DNA from: Thermodesulfovibrionales bacterium
Lineage (GTDB): Bacteria > Nitrospirota > Thermodesulfovibrionia > Thermodesulfovibrionales > SM23-35
DNA length: 64,000 bases
Direction: 5' to 3'
Assembly (NCBI GenBank): GCA_963715195.1
Contig: CAVQRT010000007.1
Location: 224,001 to 288,000 of the forward strand
Positions 10,641-21,948 of the stretch are shown here, one piece after another (the stretch's first letter is position 1; each line of letters begins with the position of its first letter). A program made the position numbers and the translations under genes. The notes beneath the pieces were generated by a model, which worked only from the letters and a program-made list of their open reading frames with translations, searched no databases and had not been told where the DNA came from.

Positions 10641-11702
10641 ATGGTCAAAGCAATCGAGTGGGTTAAAGGCAACGTCGTCATGCTCGACCAGACAAAGCTT
10701 CCATTCCAAGTAACGTACATAACCTGCACGGATTATCTGATGGTGGCAGAAGGTATCAGGAGACTGAGGATACGGGGTGCTCCCGCTATCGGGATAGCAG
10801 CGGCAATGGGCATTGCACTCGCAGGCCAGGATATCAAGGCATCACACTATTCGGATTTCATGAAAGCCATCGAGCCGGCATTTCACGAAATACTTTCCAC
10901 ACGTCCGACAGCAGTGAATATCTTTTGGGCCCTGCAGAGATTGAAAAAACTCCTGCAGAGTAATAGGAATGAAGCAGTCCCCAGGCTTAAAGAAATACTT
11001 ATCCATGAAGCCCAGTCGATTCTCGACGAGGATATTGCTGTCAATATGGCGATCGGCAAATGGGGATCAGAATTTATCAAAGACGGGGATACCATCCTCA
11101 CCCATTGCAATGCGGGCTCACTCGCAACGGGAGGGTATGGCACAGCAACAGCACCCATTTACGTTGCGAGAGATCAGGGGAAAAGGATTCATGTCATTGC
11201 GGATGAAACCAGGCCAGTGCTTCAGGGATCGCGCCTCACAGCATGGGAACTCATACAAGAAAACATCCCCGTAACCCTCATTACCGACAATACTGCGGGA
11301 TCTCTTCTCAGGAGAGGTGAAATAGATCTGGTGATTGTGGGTACCGACAGAACTGCACGAAACGGCGATGTGGCGAACAAGATCGGAACCTATCCGCTCG
11401 CGGTGCTCTGCCGGGAAAACAAGGTCCCTTTTTATGTTGCTGCACCGATGAGCAGTATCGACTTCTCTATCGCTTCAGGTGGCCGCATTCAGATCGAAGA
11501 GCGAAGCACGGAAGAGGTGACCAAGATTTTGGGGATATGCCCGATTGCACCGGACGGGGTGAAGGCACGGAATATCGCATTTGATGTGACACCACGTAAA
11601 TATGTAACAGCAATCATCACTGAGAAGGGTGCCTTCAGGCCTGCAGATATCAGGAAATTATCCCGCAGAAATATAGATGTGGATAGTATCCGTCTGAAAT
11701 GA
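10641..11702 (+). CDS. mtnA: S-methyl-5-thioribose-1-phosphate isomerase
   Basis: IRGAPAIG, TRPTAVN, LTHCNAGSLAT and ANKIGTY motifs. Confidence 0.93.
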   Translation: MVKAIEWVKGNVVMLDQTKLPFQVTYITCTDYLMVAEGIRRLRIRGAPAIGIAAAMGIALAGQDIKASHYSDFMKAIEPAFHEILSTRPTAVNIFWALQRLKKLLQSNRNEAVPRLKEILIHEAQSILDEDIAVNMAIGKWGSEFIKDGDTILTHCNAGSLATGGYGTATAPIYVARDQGKRIHVIADETRPVLQGSRLTAWELIQENIPVTLITDNTAGSLLRRGEIDLVIVGTDRTARNGDVANKIGTYPLAVLCRENKVPFYVAAPMSSIDFSIASGGRIQIEERSTEEVTKILGICPIAPDGVKARNIAFDVTPRKYVTAIITEKGAFRPADIRKLSRRNIDVDSIRLK

Positions 11703-11736
11703 ACTAACGAGGGACTCTGCAAGAATGCTTAATGTC

Positions 11737-11823
11737 GTCATTGTCCTTCTTGACCGGGCAATCCAGAACCATTGTACCCTACTAAATTCGGAACTGGATT
11801 TCCCGATCAAGTCGGGGAATGAC
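11737..11823. repeat. REP/RPE-like bipartite palindromic element (GTCA...TGAC)
   Basis: GTCATTGTCCTTCTTGACCGGGCAATCCAG ... CTGGATTTCCCGATCAAGTCGGGGAATGAC inverted arms. Confidence 0.75.
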
Positions 11824-11909
11824 CAATATAATTCATTTCATTGACATACAATAACAACGACCCCTTTCACTTGCTTGACTTTAAAAGGAAGCCTACACTA
11901 CCATTAACA

Positions 11910-12881
11910 ATGGATTTGGACGACATTTTTTCATTTTATGAATCAGACCTCAAGACAGCAGAGGACAGGATAAAAGATCTTTTTAACAGTTCTGTTCTGA
12001 CCATTCCCCTCATAGGCAACCATATTCTTGATGGCGGCGGAAAGAGATTGAGGCCGCTCATTCTCCTGCTCAGTGCCGAACTCGTAGGCTATACCGGTGA
12101 CGCCAGACTGACTCTTGCTGGAATTATCGAATCCATACATACTGCATCCCTCCTCCATGATGATGTCATTGACGGTGCTGATATCCGGAGAGGCAAAACC
12201 CCTGCACATGCGATATGGGGAAATCAGGTCGTCATCCTTGTCGGTGACTTTCTATACTCCAACGCCCTGAGGCTCGCAGTCCGGCAGAAAAGTCAGGGCA
12301 TCATGGAAGCCCTGTCAGAAGCCACAACCCGCATGACCGAGGGTGAATTGCTCCAGCTTTCCAAAACAGGAGACCCGGATATCACTGAAGAAGATTATCT
12401 CGCCATCATTTCCGCGAAGACAGCCGGCTTGATTTCTGCAGCCTGCAGGATCGGCGCTATCCTCGGATCATTATCCGAAGAAAAAGAAAGTGCACTTGCA
12501 CTCTTCGGGGAAAAAGTAGGCATTGCTTTCCAGATGGTAGATGATATCCTTGATTACATGGCAGATGAAAAAGACCTCGGCAAACGCCTTGGGAAAGACC
12601 TCAGGGAGGGGAAAATAACCCTTCCGCTGATCTACCTCCTGAAAACAGCCGAAGATACCGAGAAAAAGATCATCAGAGAGGTCATTCAGAACGGCTTTAA
12701 AATAAGCGGGCTGAATAAAATCCTCAGACTGTTCAAAAAATACAGCACGATCGAAGCGTCTCTTAACAAAGCACATGATCTCATTGATGATGCAAAAACT
12801 CATCTTTCAGTCTTTCCAGACTCCCCTTCACGGCAGGCGCTTTTCAGGATAGCCGATTATTCCCTCGCAAGGAATAAATAG
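11910..12881 (+). CDS. Polyprenyl diphosphate synthase (IspB/HepT-like)
   Basis: GGKRLRP, LHDDVID and FQMVDDILD motifs; start at ATG 11910. Confidence 0.9.
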   Translation: MDLDDIFSFYESDLKTAEDRIKDLFNSSVLTIPLIGNHILDGGGKRLRPLILLLSAELVGYTGDARLTLAGIIESIHTASLLHDDVIDGADIRRGKTPAHAIWGNQVVILVGDFLYSNALRLAVRQKSQGIMEALSEATTRMTEGELLQLSKTGDPDITEEDYLAIISAKTAGLISAACRIGAILGSLSEEKESALALFGEKVGIAFQMVDDILDYMADEKDLGKRLGKDLREGKITLPLIYLLKTAEDTEKKIIREVIQNGFKISGLNKILRLFKKYSTIEASLNKAHDLIDDAKTHLSVFPDSPSRQALFRIADYSLARNK

Positions 12882-13388
12882 ATGCATTCTCTCGTTGAGC
12901 TCGTAAAGAAAAGTGTAGAGGCATACATTACCCAGGGGACAATGATCGGTCCTCCGGACCCTCTCCCCGTTTCCATGTCGGGGAAAGCAGGAGTATTTGT
13001 CTGCTTAAAAAAACACGGGGAATTAAGAGGTTGTATCGGAACTTTTCAGCCCACCTGCAGCTGCGTCGGTTCAGAGGCAATTGCGAATGCCATATCTGCT
13101 GCAACAAAAGATCCGAGATTCTCTCCAGTATCGGAAGAGGAACTCCCGGATTTGACGTATTCAGTAGATGTGCTCTCATGTCCCGAGAAAGTATCAGGAA
13201 TATCGGAACTCGATCCCAAAAAATACGGTGTTATTGTTGTCAGCGGAGACAGGAGAGGATTATTGCTGCCGGACCTGAAAGGAGTCGATACCGCGGAAGA
13301 ACAGCTCAGGATCGCAAAAATGAAAGCCGGGATTCTTCCCCGTGAAGAAGTCGAAATCTACCGCTTTGAGGTTACGAGATATACCTGA
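12882..13388 (+). CDS. AMMECR1-domain protein (AmmeMemoRadiSam system protein A)
   Basis: LRGCIGT, DPRF and GLLLPDL motifs. Confidence 0.88.
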   Translation: MHSLVELVKKSVEAYITQGTMIGPPDPLPVSMSGKAGVFVCLKKHGELRGCIGTFQPTCSCVGSEAIANAISAATKDPRFSPVSEEELPDLTYSVDVLSCPEKVSGISELDPKKYGVIVVSGDRRGLLLPDLKGVDTAEEQLRIAKMKAGILPREEVEIYRFEVTRYT

Positions 13389-13417
13389 GACATGATCAGA
13401 TGAAGATTTTCGAAATG

Positions 13418-13894
13418 TTATTTTCGCCTGAACAGCCCGCTCCTGCCGCCACGTTTTGCCATAAGCATGATATCAGAAATCACGATATCTTTATCCACAG
13501 CTTTACACATATCATAAATGGTAAGCGCTGACGCTGAAACAGCCGTCAGTGCCTCCATTTCAACACCGGTCTGTCCCGTCACCTTTACTATCGCTTCAAT
13601 ATCGATCTTCTTTCTCAGCTCATCAATACTCAGGTCAATGGTAACAGAACTAATATTCAACGGATGGCACATGGGAATCAGTTCGTCTGTTTTTTTGGCA
13701 GCCAGAATACCCGCGATGCGCGCCACGCACATCACATCGCCTTTAGGAACTTTATTACGGAGAATCAATTGAAGGGTTTCGGGTTTCATATACACAGAAC
13801 CCCGTGCGACGGCTTCTCGTTCAGTCGAAGCCTTACTGCTGACATCAACCATGCGCGCCCTTCCCTTTTCGTCTATATGGGTAAGCTTTCTCAT
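13418..13894 (-). CDS. moaC: Cyclic pyranopterin monophosphate synthase
   Basis: [24 protein letters not shown] and YDMCKAVD motifs. Confidence 0.96.
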   Translation of the reverse strand: MRKLTHIDEKGRARMVDVSSKASTEREAVARGSVYMKPETLQLILRNKVPKGDVMCVARIAGILAAKKTDELIPMCHPLNISSVTIDLSIDELRKKIDIEAIVKVTGQTGVEMEALTAVSASALTIYDMCKAVDKDIVISDIMLMAKRGGRSGLFRRK

Positions 13895-14093
13895 GATAAC
13901 CCCTTTACGTTATAATTTTTCAATGTAGTGACAGGATATAGTGTTTGAGCGGATTCATTTTGCAGATATTCAGGCGGTATGCAATTTAATAATAATGAGG
14001 CAAAATGCCTCGGAGGTCAAAGACCGAGAATGAGCGAAAATACGGTTTCCTGTCACGGAAAACATTGTCCATGATAAATCTGGCTTACTCCTT

Positions 14094-14180
14094 TGGTGCC
14101 GAAGGCGGGACTCGAACCCGCACGGCCTTTCGACCACTAGACCCTGAACCTAGCGCGTCTGCCAGTTCCGCCACTTCGGC
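14094..14180 (-). tRNA. tRNA-Leu(CAG)
   Basis: GCCGAAGTGGCGGAACTGGCAGACGCG...CTAGG-TTCAGGG-TCTAG...GGTTCGAGTCCC...CACCA; long variable arm; encoded CCA. Confidence 0.95.
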
Positions 14181-14190
14181 TCCCATATTA

Positions 14191-15489
14191 TTATACACGA
14201 CCACAATTTTGTTTAGGGGACGTGATGCGCAGAAATACGCTGCCGATTGCGCCTGACAGGGCAACACCTGCGGCGAGCAGCAATGCCGGAGCCAAGGAAT
14301 TGCAGGCATCGGCTACTGAGCCGGCAACACTTGGCCCGGCAGCTTGCCCGATTCCGAAAAAAAGCGTAACAAAGCCGATTCCTGCAGGCGCAAGTCTCGG
14401 ACCAAGAATGTCTCCGCACGTTGCAGCCATGATTGCGGGGATACTCCATGCCGAAATGCCGAACAGGAATGCGGAAAGCACAAAACCTGGCGGAAAAGGC
14501 CATACTGCGAACAAGCCAAACGCAAGCGCCTGAATAATATAAACGATAATGAGTGCTGTTTTACGTCCCAGTATATCCGAGACCGATCCCCATATGATTC
14601 CGCAGAAAAGGCTCAACCATCCCATGATCATGAATAGCCTGCCAGATGATTCCTGGGTATACCCTCCTTCTGCTATCAGATATTTGGTGAAAAAGGTCAT
14701 ATAGATGATGTATGAGAATCCAAAGGCGATGTAGATAAGTCCCAAATGCCACACAATACCTGATCGATAGACCCTGCCCCAGTTCAACTCTCTCAACCTG
14801 ACGCCGACTGATTCACTATCACCCTGAGCGCCAACTGGAAGAAGTCCGAGTTCAGAGGGACAATTCCGCAGAGCAATATAGGAAAGCAACGCCAACCCGA
14901 AAGTTATGCCTGCAAAAATAAACCAGCAGATGCGCCAGCCGTTTGATTCATACGCATTGAGCACGGCAGGCACCAGAAGACCCAGAACAATAAGCGCTAT
15001 GGAAGACCCCGTAACGCCTATTCCTGTCGCCAGACCGGAACGACGCTGAACAAACCATGCGGCAAGAAGCCCCATGACAGGAACATTGCTTGCACCGCTC
15101 CCGATTCCCGTAATCGTTCTCCACGCTGCCGCACCAGCAAAGCTGTTAGCAAGACCAGTCATGAGCATGCCTGCAGCTGCAACGCTGAGTCCGACGGTGA
15201 TAACGACCCGCGGACCGTATCGTGCAGCAAGGGCACCACCAATAACCGACAATGCCAGATACCCAATGAGATTGGCAGTAGCAAGTGCGCCTGCATGGGT
15301 ATTGTTGAGTCCCAATCCGGATTGCATGGCAGGCAGTACCATTGTATAACCGAACCGTGCCAATCCAAGCGCCCCAAAGACAACAAGAGTCCCGACGGCA
15401 AGGATAATCCAGGCATAATGGAATGGTACTTTTGCAGTTTTCAACGAATGTTCACCGGCGTTAGAGACTTCTGTCAGCAACTTCGGCAA
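14191..15489 (-). CDS. MFS transporter (YbfB/YjiJ-like); exact start uncertain
   Basis: About 12 TM segments; [14 protein letters not shown] and [10 protein letters not shown] motifs. Confidence 0.85.
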   Translation of the reverse strand: MPKLLTEVSNAGEHSLKTAKVPFHYAWIILAVGTLVVFGALGLARFGYTMVLPAMQSGLGLNNTHAGALATANLIGYLALSVIGGALAARYGPRVVITVGLSVAAAGMLMTGLANSFAGAAAWRTITGIGSGASNVPVMGLLAAWFVQRRSGLATGIGVTGSSIALIVLGLLVPAVLNAYESNGWRICWFIFAGITFGLALLSYIALRNCPSELGLLPVGAQGDSESVGVRLRELNWGRVYRSGIVWHLGLIYIAFGFSYIIYMTFFTKYLIAEGGYTQESSGRLFMIMGWLSLFCGIIWGSVSDILGRKTALIIVYIIQALAFGLFAVWPFPPGFVLSAFLFGISAWSIPAIMAATCGDILGPRLAPAGIGFVTLFFGIGQAAGPSVAGSVADACNSLAPALLLAAGVALSGAIGSVFLRITSPKQNCGRV

Positions 15490-16480
15490 ATAGACGCAGT
15501 TTCTCCATCAGTGCGGAGAATTTTTTTGGCGTTAGGGACTGAGGCCCGTCGGAAAGGGCATGTTCCGGGTCAGGGTGCACTTCAATGATGAGACCGTCTG
15601 CCCCTGCTGCCACGGCCGCGCAAGACATCGGAGCCACATACTGATAATTCCCCGTGGAATGCGATGGATCTACGACCACTGGCAGATGGGTATTCCGCTT
15701 CAATACCGGTATGGCCGAGAGGTCAAGCGTATTTCTCGTTGCGGTTTCAAATGTCCGTATTCCTCGTTCACAAAGTATCACCGAGTGATTTCCTTCGCTC
15801 ATGATATATTCAGCGCTCATGAGCAGCTCCTGAACGGTCATCGACATTCCCCGTTTCAGCAGGACCGGCTTCCTGAGTTGCCCAAGCTTTTTCAGGAGCT
15901 CGAAATTCTGGGCATTTCTTGTTCCAATCTGGAGGATATCCGCATATTCTGCGACAAGTTCTGCGGTTTCGGGATTTACAACCTCCGTAATAATCGGCAA
16001 CCCTGTTCTCTTGCGCGCCTCTGCAAGCAGCTGCAACCCTTCCTCCTTCATGCCCTGAAAGGCATAAGGCGACGTCCTTGGTTTAAAGGCTCCACCCCGC
16101 AACACTTTTGCCCCTGCATTTTTTACAGCGGCTGCGACTTCCAAAATCTGCTCCTTACTTTCCACCGCGCATGGTCCTGCAATGACAATAACCTCCTTGC
16201 CGCCTATGGCTACCGTTTCACTGATAGGTATAATGCTCGTCTCTTTTCTTACTTCTCTCGATGCGAGCTTATAGGGCTTGAGGATAGGGACAACACTTTC
16301 CACTCCCTGCATGAACTCGATTGACTGAAGCACCACCTTTCCCCGCTCGTCGCCAACCGCGCCGATGACATCTCTCGTCGTTCCGTGAATGACATGAGGT
16401 TTGTATCCGAAATCTTTAATTTTTCTGATAACATCATCCCTCTCACGTTTTGTTGCACCTGCCTTCATTACAATTATCAT
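15461..16480 (-). CDS. aroF: DAHP synthase (type I-beta, N-terminal regulatory domain)
   Basis: [31 protein letters not shown] and SDGPQSL motifs. Confidence 0.94.
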   Translation of the reverse strand: MIIVMKAGATKRERDDVIRKIKDFGYKPHVIHGTTRDVIGAVGDERGKVVLQSIEFMQGVESVVPILKPYKLASREVRKETSIIPISETVAIGGKEVIVIAGPCAVESKEQILEVAAAVKNAGAKVLRGGAFKPRTSPYAFQGMKEEGLQLLAEARKRTGLPIITEVVNPETAELVAEYADILQIGTRNAQNFELLKKLGQLRKPVLLKRGMSMTVQELLMSAEYIMSEGNHSVILCERGIRTFETATRNTLDLSAIPVLKRNTHLPVVVDPSHSTGNYQYVAPMSCAAVAAGADGLIIEVHPDPEHALSDGPQSLTPKKFSALMEKLRLFAEVADRSL

Positions 16481-16504
16481 GTGACCTTTCCTTTCCTCAG
16501 CCCG

Positions 16505-16538
16505 AAAAGAAAAAGGCTGGAGGGCTTCCTCCAGCCTT
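16505..16538 (-). terminator. Intrinsic terminator between the porin gene and aroF
   Basis: Minus strand AAGGCTGGAGG-aagc-CCTCCAGCCTT followed by a T-rich tract. Confidence 0.75.
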
Positions 16539-16562
16539 CATTTCTGATTATGTGCGATGGTT

Positions 16563-17983
16563 TTAGATCTTGAACTGGAGCTGCCACCTCAGGAATTGAC
16601 CGTTTTTGGCATCATCAGCATAAAAATTTCCGGGAATAAAGTACTCGTACTGGAAAAAGGCATCGATGTTCTTGTTGAATTTGTGCGTAAGAAATAGTGT
16701 CGGGAGATGACCTCTTTCATATCCCTGGTTGAACATAGCCTTAAACGGAGCCAGAGGCTGTGCCCACTCATTTGCCCTCCAGTACTGGTAAGCAAGAGAC
16801 AACTTCGTAGAAGCTGCTAATTCCATACTTACTTTTGCCTGATATAACTGGATATTCGACCAGTAGCCGGGCATCGCGGCAGTTTCTGTACAAATTCATA
16901 AATCTGAACATAGATAAGAAGCTCATTCCAGTAAGGGGCCTTCGCAAACAAAGGATCCCAGTTTTCGTTCTTATCCGTATCAGGGTCGTCTCCGGATAAA
17001 TAGACAACACGAAGCTCGAACTCGGGTTTCAGCGTCATATCTGCAAATTTACGGCTTCCAAATACATATCCTCCATATCCGGCCCTGTCTCTTCCCCCGT
17101 CATATTCTCCAAACTGGTACGCAAACTCCCCTCCGAATGTCCATGGATCGGACTTATAAACTGCATGAGCTCCAATCGTATTGAGATCAAGCTCGGGTGT
17201 GGTGCTCAGTGGGGGTGTCCGCTTAAACGGGAAATCAAATTCGTCTTCCTTTTTGTAAATGTAATAGGGTTCAATAGACAGGTTTTCATTCAGTTTACTT
17301 CTGCCATAGACCATAAGTGCCTGCTCATCAGAAGCATTCAGTATCTTTGTGTTGTTGACATAGGTCCCTGCATCGGGAACGTGCGTGTGCCATGTTGGCA
17401 GATATTTGTCTGTCCGTTGATTAGATATTGCGACAAAATCAACATTATTATTCTCATTGATTTTCCACTTAGCCTTTGCCGCATTAAAGTAATAAGTCCT
17501 CGAGCCGTCATTTGGTCCTCCATCACGAAACAAGAACCCCTCACCATACATGTCCGGACCTAAAAAATCCTGTCTGCCTATTTTTAGGTCAACAGGTAAG
17601 CCAAAGGCATTGTTTGCCTTCAGATACAAGTTATCAATGACACCCTCATTTTCATCGAGTCTTGTGAACCCGCTACTCCTCGATGTACTCGGTTGTTTAT
17701 AAGGACCCAGGTTATAATACACTTCACTGGTCAGCTTCAGGAAGACACCGGTATCCTTATTAAAGTCGGCACCGCCCCACACAGATGTCTTAAAGCGGAA
17801 AAAATTTCTGTCGTAATTGGTATTTGTCGGAGGCAGTGTTTTTAAATCCAGCAAATTATCCCATACCTCCTGCCTGATCCGTTCCGCAGCGCCGAAGTTG
17901 TACGTTACTTCAGCATGAACCGTTGTAATGAAAAAAACACCAACTAACCAGACCATGAAACAAACTGAAAGCAATTTCTTCAT
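16563..17983 (-). pseudogene. Alginate-export-family outer-membrane porin split by a 1-nt frameshift near 16885
   Basis: ORFs 16829-18049 (start 17983, signal peptide, LKIGRQD, YLSGDDPDT) and 16563-16874 (GYWSN...LRWQLQFKI barrel C-terminus) join if one A is added at CAG AAA CTG. Confidence 0.8.
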
Positions 17984-18066
17984 TCGTGTCCCCCTCCTTG
18001 TTAATAAAGATTTGCAAGAATACCATATCCACAGTTTTTTTTGAAACAATTTTTTGTCAGATATCT

Positions 18067-19365
18067 TTAGAGGGGTCTTTTGTCGATAACCCGTTTTGCC
18101 TTTCCTTCAGACCTCTCGAGTGTCTGTTTTTCCACCGGTTTTACTTCTAGCGATACGCCCAGCTCAGAGGCAAGTCTGGATTTAATACGCTCGATAAAAT
18201 CTTTCTGCTTCCTGACCTGGTCGAAAAAAATAGACTCGGATACCTCAACGAGAACAGTCATGATATCAACTGATGCCTTTCTTTCAAGGAGGATCTGATA
18301 GTGAGGCTCCCTTCCTTCGATCTCATAGAGCACCGACTCTATTTGAGACGGGAATACTGTTACTCCCCGTATTTTGATCATGTCATCTGTCCGGCCCATA
18401 ACCTTGTTCATCCTGACAAGCGTTCGCCCGCAGGGACAAGGCTCGGTTATGAGGCTTGTCAGATCCCTTGTTCTGAACCGTACTACTGGAAATGCCTCTT
18501 TGGTCAGTGTGGTAATAACCAGTTCTCCTGTCTTCCCCTCAGGCAGCGGCTCGAGGGTTTCGGGATCGATAACCTCGACAAAAAAGTGGTCTTCGTTGAT
18601 GTGGAGACCATTCTGTTCAAGACACTCACCCGCCACGCCCGGGCCCATCACCTCGCTTAACCCGTAGTTGTCAGTCGCAAGAATCTTGAGCTTTTCCTGC
18701 AACTCGGTCCTGATTGTTTCAGACCATGGTTCTGCACCAAAAAGTCCGTATTTCAGCGACAGGGAGTTCACATTCACACCCATTTCAATAATTGCGTCGG
18801 CTACTGCAAGGGCGTAACTTGGCGTGCACATGAGGGCAGTCGTCTTGAAATCCTGCATAATCTTCACCTGCCTCCTGGTGTTAATGCCCGATATGGGTAT
18901 TACCGAAGCACCTATCCGTTCGGCGCCGTAATGCAGGCCCAGGGCACCGGTAAACAGACCGTAATCAAAGGCAATCTGCACAATATCGTTCTGTGTGACA
19001 CCCCCGGCCACAAGAATTCTTGCCGCGAGATTCGACCATATTTTTATATCATTGCGGGTAAATCCGACTGCTGTCGGCATGCCGGTGGTACCAGAAGAGG
19101 CCTGAACCCTGACGACCTCGCGCAGGGGAACGGCAAACATATCGTATGGATAGCTGACCCGTAAATCGTCTTTCGAGGTAAAAGGAAGTTTGCTCACGTC
19201 TTCGAGCGAGCGGAAGGCATCTGGATCAATTCGCAATTCTTCGAATTTTTTCCGGTAAAAAGGCACACTCATATAAACCCTCAATATGGTTGCCTGCAGT
19301 CTCTCAAGCTGCAACTGTTTCAGAGCTTCTCTGCCGATGCATTCTTTTTCACCTTCCCAGTACAT
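18067..19365 (-). CDS. paaK: Phenylacetate-CoA ligase family protein (paralog 1)
   Basis: [22 protein letters not shown] and GRTDDM motifs; C-terminal [10 protein letters not shown]. Confidence 0.9.
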   Translation of the reverse strand: MYWEGEKECIGREALKQLQLERLQATILRVYMSVPFYRKKFEELRIDPDAFRSLEDVSKLPFTSKDDLRVSYPYDMFAVPLREVVRVQASSGTTGMPTAVGFTRNDIKIWSNLAARILVAGGVTQNDIVQIAFDYGLFTGALGLHYGAERIGASVIPISGINTRRQVKIMQDFKTTALMCTPSYALAVADAIIEMGVNVNSLSLKYGLFGAEPWSETIRTELQEKLKILATDNYGLSEVMGPGVAGECLEQNGLHINEDHFFVEVIDPETLEPLPEGKTGELVITTLTKEAFPVVRFRTRDLTSLITEPCPCGRTLVRMNKVMGRTDDMIKIRGVTVFPSQIESVLYEIEGREPHYQILLERKASVDIMTVLVEVSESIFFDQVRKQKDFIERIKSRLASELGVSLEVKPVEKQTLERSEGKAKRVIDKRPL

Positions 19366-19392
19366 ACCCTTCCTCCCTGTTATTCAACATGT

Positions 19393-20127
19393 TCAAATCT
19401 CGTAATTGACATCCCTTCCCAAATATGCTCTCTGTACATCCCTATTTAAAAGGAGGTCTTCTGCAGGACCCTGCAGTATTATTCTCCCTGTTTCCAGAAC
19501 ATACCCGGTATGCGCGATCCTCAGTGCACTTCTCGCATTCTGCTCGACCAGGAGCACAGTAAGACCATACGTGTTTCTCAACTCAACAATATACCGGAAG
19601 ATCTCCTTGATGACAATTGGCGCAAGCCCCATGCTCGGTTCATCAAGCAACAGTAATTTCGGCTTTGCCATTAAGGCACGGCCAATAGCGAGCATCTGCT
19701 GCTCACCGCCTGAAAGGGTTCCGGCAAGCTGTTTCTTCCGTTTCTTTAAAATAGGGAAAATGGTGTAAATCATCTCCATATCGCCCTTTATTTCTGAACG
19801 GTTTTTCAGGGAATACCGGTTAAATGAACCGAGCAGCAGATTATCTTCGACAGTCAGCGGCTTAAAAACAAGACGCCCCTCGGGGACGTGGGAGATACCG
19901 TTTTTTACAATCGCATCAGGACTTTGCCTGGAAATATCAAGATCATTGAAGACCAGACTTCCACTGGCAGACCGCATCAGTCCTGAGATCGTGCGCAGGA
20001 GGGTTGTTTTCCCTGCTCCATTCCCCCCGATCAAAGTAACAATCTCTCCCTGATTCACGTGAAGGGAAACCCTTTTAATCGTATGTATCTTTCCGTAAAA
20101 GACGTCCACATTCTTAAGGATGAGCAC
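19393..20127 (-). CDS. livF: HAAT/Liv-type ABC transporter ATP-binding protein
   Basis: GNGAGKTT, LSGGEQQM and LLDEPSMGLAP motifs. Confidence 0.9.
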   Translation of the reverse strand: MLILKNVDVFYGKIHTIKRVSLHVNQGEIVTLIGGNGAGKTTLLRTISGLMRSASGSLVFNDLDISRQSPDAIVKNGISHVPEGRLVFKPLTVEDNLLLGSFNRYSLKNRSEIKGDMEMIYTIFPILKKRKKQLAGTLSGGEQQMLAIGRALMAKPKLLLLDEPSMGLAPIVIKEIFRYIVELRNTYGLTVLLVEQNARSALRIAHTGYVLETGRIILQGPAEDLLLNRDVQRAYLGRDVNYEI

Positions 20128-20902
20128 TGTATCCTCCCGGGATTATCTCTTCATCTCCGAGATATGCAATAATTACATCCCGATTTTTCTGAACCTCGAG
20201 TGGTGTTCCATCGGCTATTACTTCACCAAAGTTGAGGACGGTTACCGAGTCGCTTATCCTCATCACAAGGTCCATATCATGCTCAACAAGGACTATCGTT
20301 ATCTTTAACTCATCCCGTATTTTCCTGATGACATCCCCCAGATTGCGTGTCTCCCGTATATTTAATCCGGCAGCTGGTTCGTCGAGGAGAACGAGCCGTG
20401 GTTCAGTCGCTAAAGCTCTCCCGATTTCCAGAATCCTTTGTTCGCCGATGGGCAGACTTGAAGCATTCTCATCTTTTCGATAAGCAAGATTGATATACTC
20501 CAGAATCTCCTCACTCTTCTTGCGTATTACCGCTTCTTCCCTGCCAACTGCTGGAAGCTTCAGTCCCGAAGAAAAGAAGCCGTACCCGGTCTTTGCATAC
20601 CGTCCGACCATAATATTTTCAAGAACGGTCATGTTCACGAATAATTCGACATGCTGAAAGGTGCGCGAAATGCCCTTTCTGGCAACCGTCTTCGAATCAA
20701 GATGATCAATTTTTTCCCCCAAAAACAGAACCTCGCCACCGTCGGGTTGATAGATGCCACTCACAATATTGAGCAGGGTGGTTTTACCCGCACCATTCGG
20801 CCCGATGAGTGCTTTGATGTCGCCCTCCATTACCTCAAAACTGACGTTGCTCAGGGCCTTCAGTCCCCCGAAGCTTTTCTGTACTGCTTTAATGCTTAGC
20901 AA
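20114..20902 (-). CDS. livG: HAAT/Liv-type ABC transporter ATP-binding protein
   Basis: GPNGAGKTT, RTFQ, LDEPAAGL and VEHDM motifs. Confidence 0.9.
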   Translation of the reverse strand: MLSIKAVQKSFGGLKALSNVSFEVMEGDIKALIGPNGAGKTTLLNIVSGIYQPDGGEVLFLGEKIDHLDSKTVARKGISRTFQHVELFVNMTVLENIMVGRYAKTGYGFFSSGLKLPAVGREEAVIRKKSEEILEYINLAYRKDENASSLPIGEQRILEIGRALATEPRLVLLDEPAAGLNIRETRNLGDVIRKIRDELKITIVLVEHDMDLVMRISDSVTVLNFGEVIADGTPLEVQKNRDVIIAYLGDEEIIPGGYSAHP

Positions 20903-21839
20903 CAGCGGATCCTCGCGTTCTCTTTATGGTTTCTATCAGAATAGGGACGACTCCCTTTCTGAAAAACATGAGGGACATGGTCAAAATCAAGCCGTAAACC
21001 AGCACATCAAGCTCTTCGAATTTCCTTAAAAGTTCAGGTAACACCGTAATAACCACTGCACCGAAGACCGCACCCCACACATTCGTAATCCCTCCCACAA
21101 TCACCATCGTGAGTACCAAGATTGAGTAGAACAGTGAAAAACTGCTCGGGCTGACAAATGTTACATAGTGTGCATAAAGACTGCCGGCAAGCGAAGCGTA
21201 TACCGCGCTCAGGACAAAGACCTTTATCTTTAATGCGACAACATTGAGCCCCATAGCGTTGCATGCCAGCTCACTGTCGTGGATAGCTCTCAACGCCCTT
21301 CCTGAACCTGAACCAAGCAGGTTTACAGAGAAGGACATCACCACAGCGACAATGGCCCATATGAGATAGAAGTAGCCTGTTGTTGAATCTATCGTATATC
21401 CCATGAAGCCGAAATGCGGGATATCGCCGAAACCTGAAGGGCCGCCTGGCCCCCATTCATTGAGGATGATGTAAATAATCTCTCCAAAACCGAGGGTGGC
21501 TACTGCCAGGTAATGCCCTTTTAATCTCAGGGCAGGAACCGCCAGTATGACCGCAGCAAAAGCGGCAACAATCATTGCACAGATGACACTGAAAATTGGG
21601 GGAATCCCGGCATAGAGGCTGAGAACAGACGACACATAGGCACCGATCCCGTAAAATCCTGCCTGACCTAATGATATCTGACCCGCATATCCCATGAGTA
21701 TGCATAATCCGATCGCCACCAGTGCGTTTATACCGGAAAAGATTCCTACGGTCAGTATATAAGTGCTCCCTGAGAGAAGAGGCAGGATGATGATGAGCAG
21801 GATAAAAACACTAAAGGCTATCGAATTCCTTCTTTTCAC
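20889..21839 (-). CDS. livM: HAAT/Liv-type ABC permease
   Basis: GYAGQISLGQAGF and LKGHYLAVATLGFGEI motifs. Confidence 0.9.
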   Translation of the reverse strand: MKRRNSIAFSVFILLIIILPLLSGSTYILTVGIFSGINALVAIGLCILMGYAGQISLGQAGFYGIGAYVSSVLSLYAGIPPIFSVICAMIVAAFAAVILAVPALRLKGHYLAVATLGFGEIIYIILNEWGPGGPSGFGDIPHFGFMGYTIDSTTGYFYLIWAIVAVVMSFSVNLLGSGSGRALRAIHDSELACNAMGLNVVALKIKVFVLSAVYASLAGSLYAHYVTFVSPSSFSLFYSILVLTMVIVGGITNVWGAVFGAVVITVLPELLRKFEELDVLVYGLILTMSLMFFRKGVVPILIETIKRTRGSAVAKH

Positions 21840-21847
21840 ACATAATA

Positions 21848-21900
21848 CCTCAAATCCTCCCTTCCCCTTCTTTTCTAAAGGGGGAACCGGGGGGATTACT
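21848..21900. repeat. C-run/G-run palindromic repeat (CCCC-TTTT-AAAGGGGG family)
   Basis: AATCCTCCCTTCCCCTTCTTTTCTAAAGGGGGAACCGGGGGGATT; related to 48545-48582. Confidence 0.55.
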
Positions 21901-21948
21901 CAGTTTCATGTTTCTTGGTATTTTTTCGACAGGAGTATGTTTCATATG

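Noticed and set aside
15560..16324. 254-aa + strand ORF (likewise 39370-40092, 58027-58728, 60282-61139)
   Set aside because: Antisense to well-supported genes; explained by codon bias.
18010..18035. Possible sigma54 promoter upstream of the porin (TGG...TTGCA)
   Set aside because: GG-to-GC spacing is 7 or 13 nt rather than the required 10.
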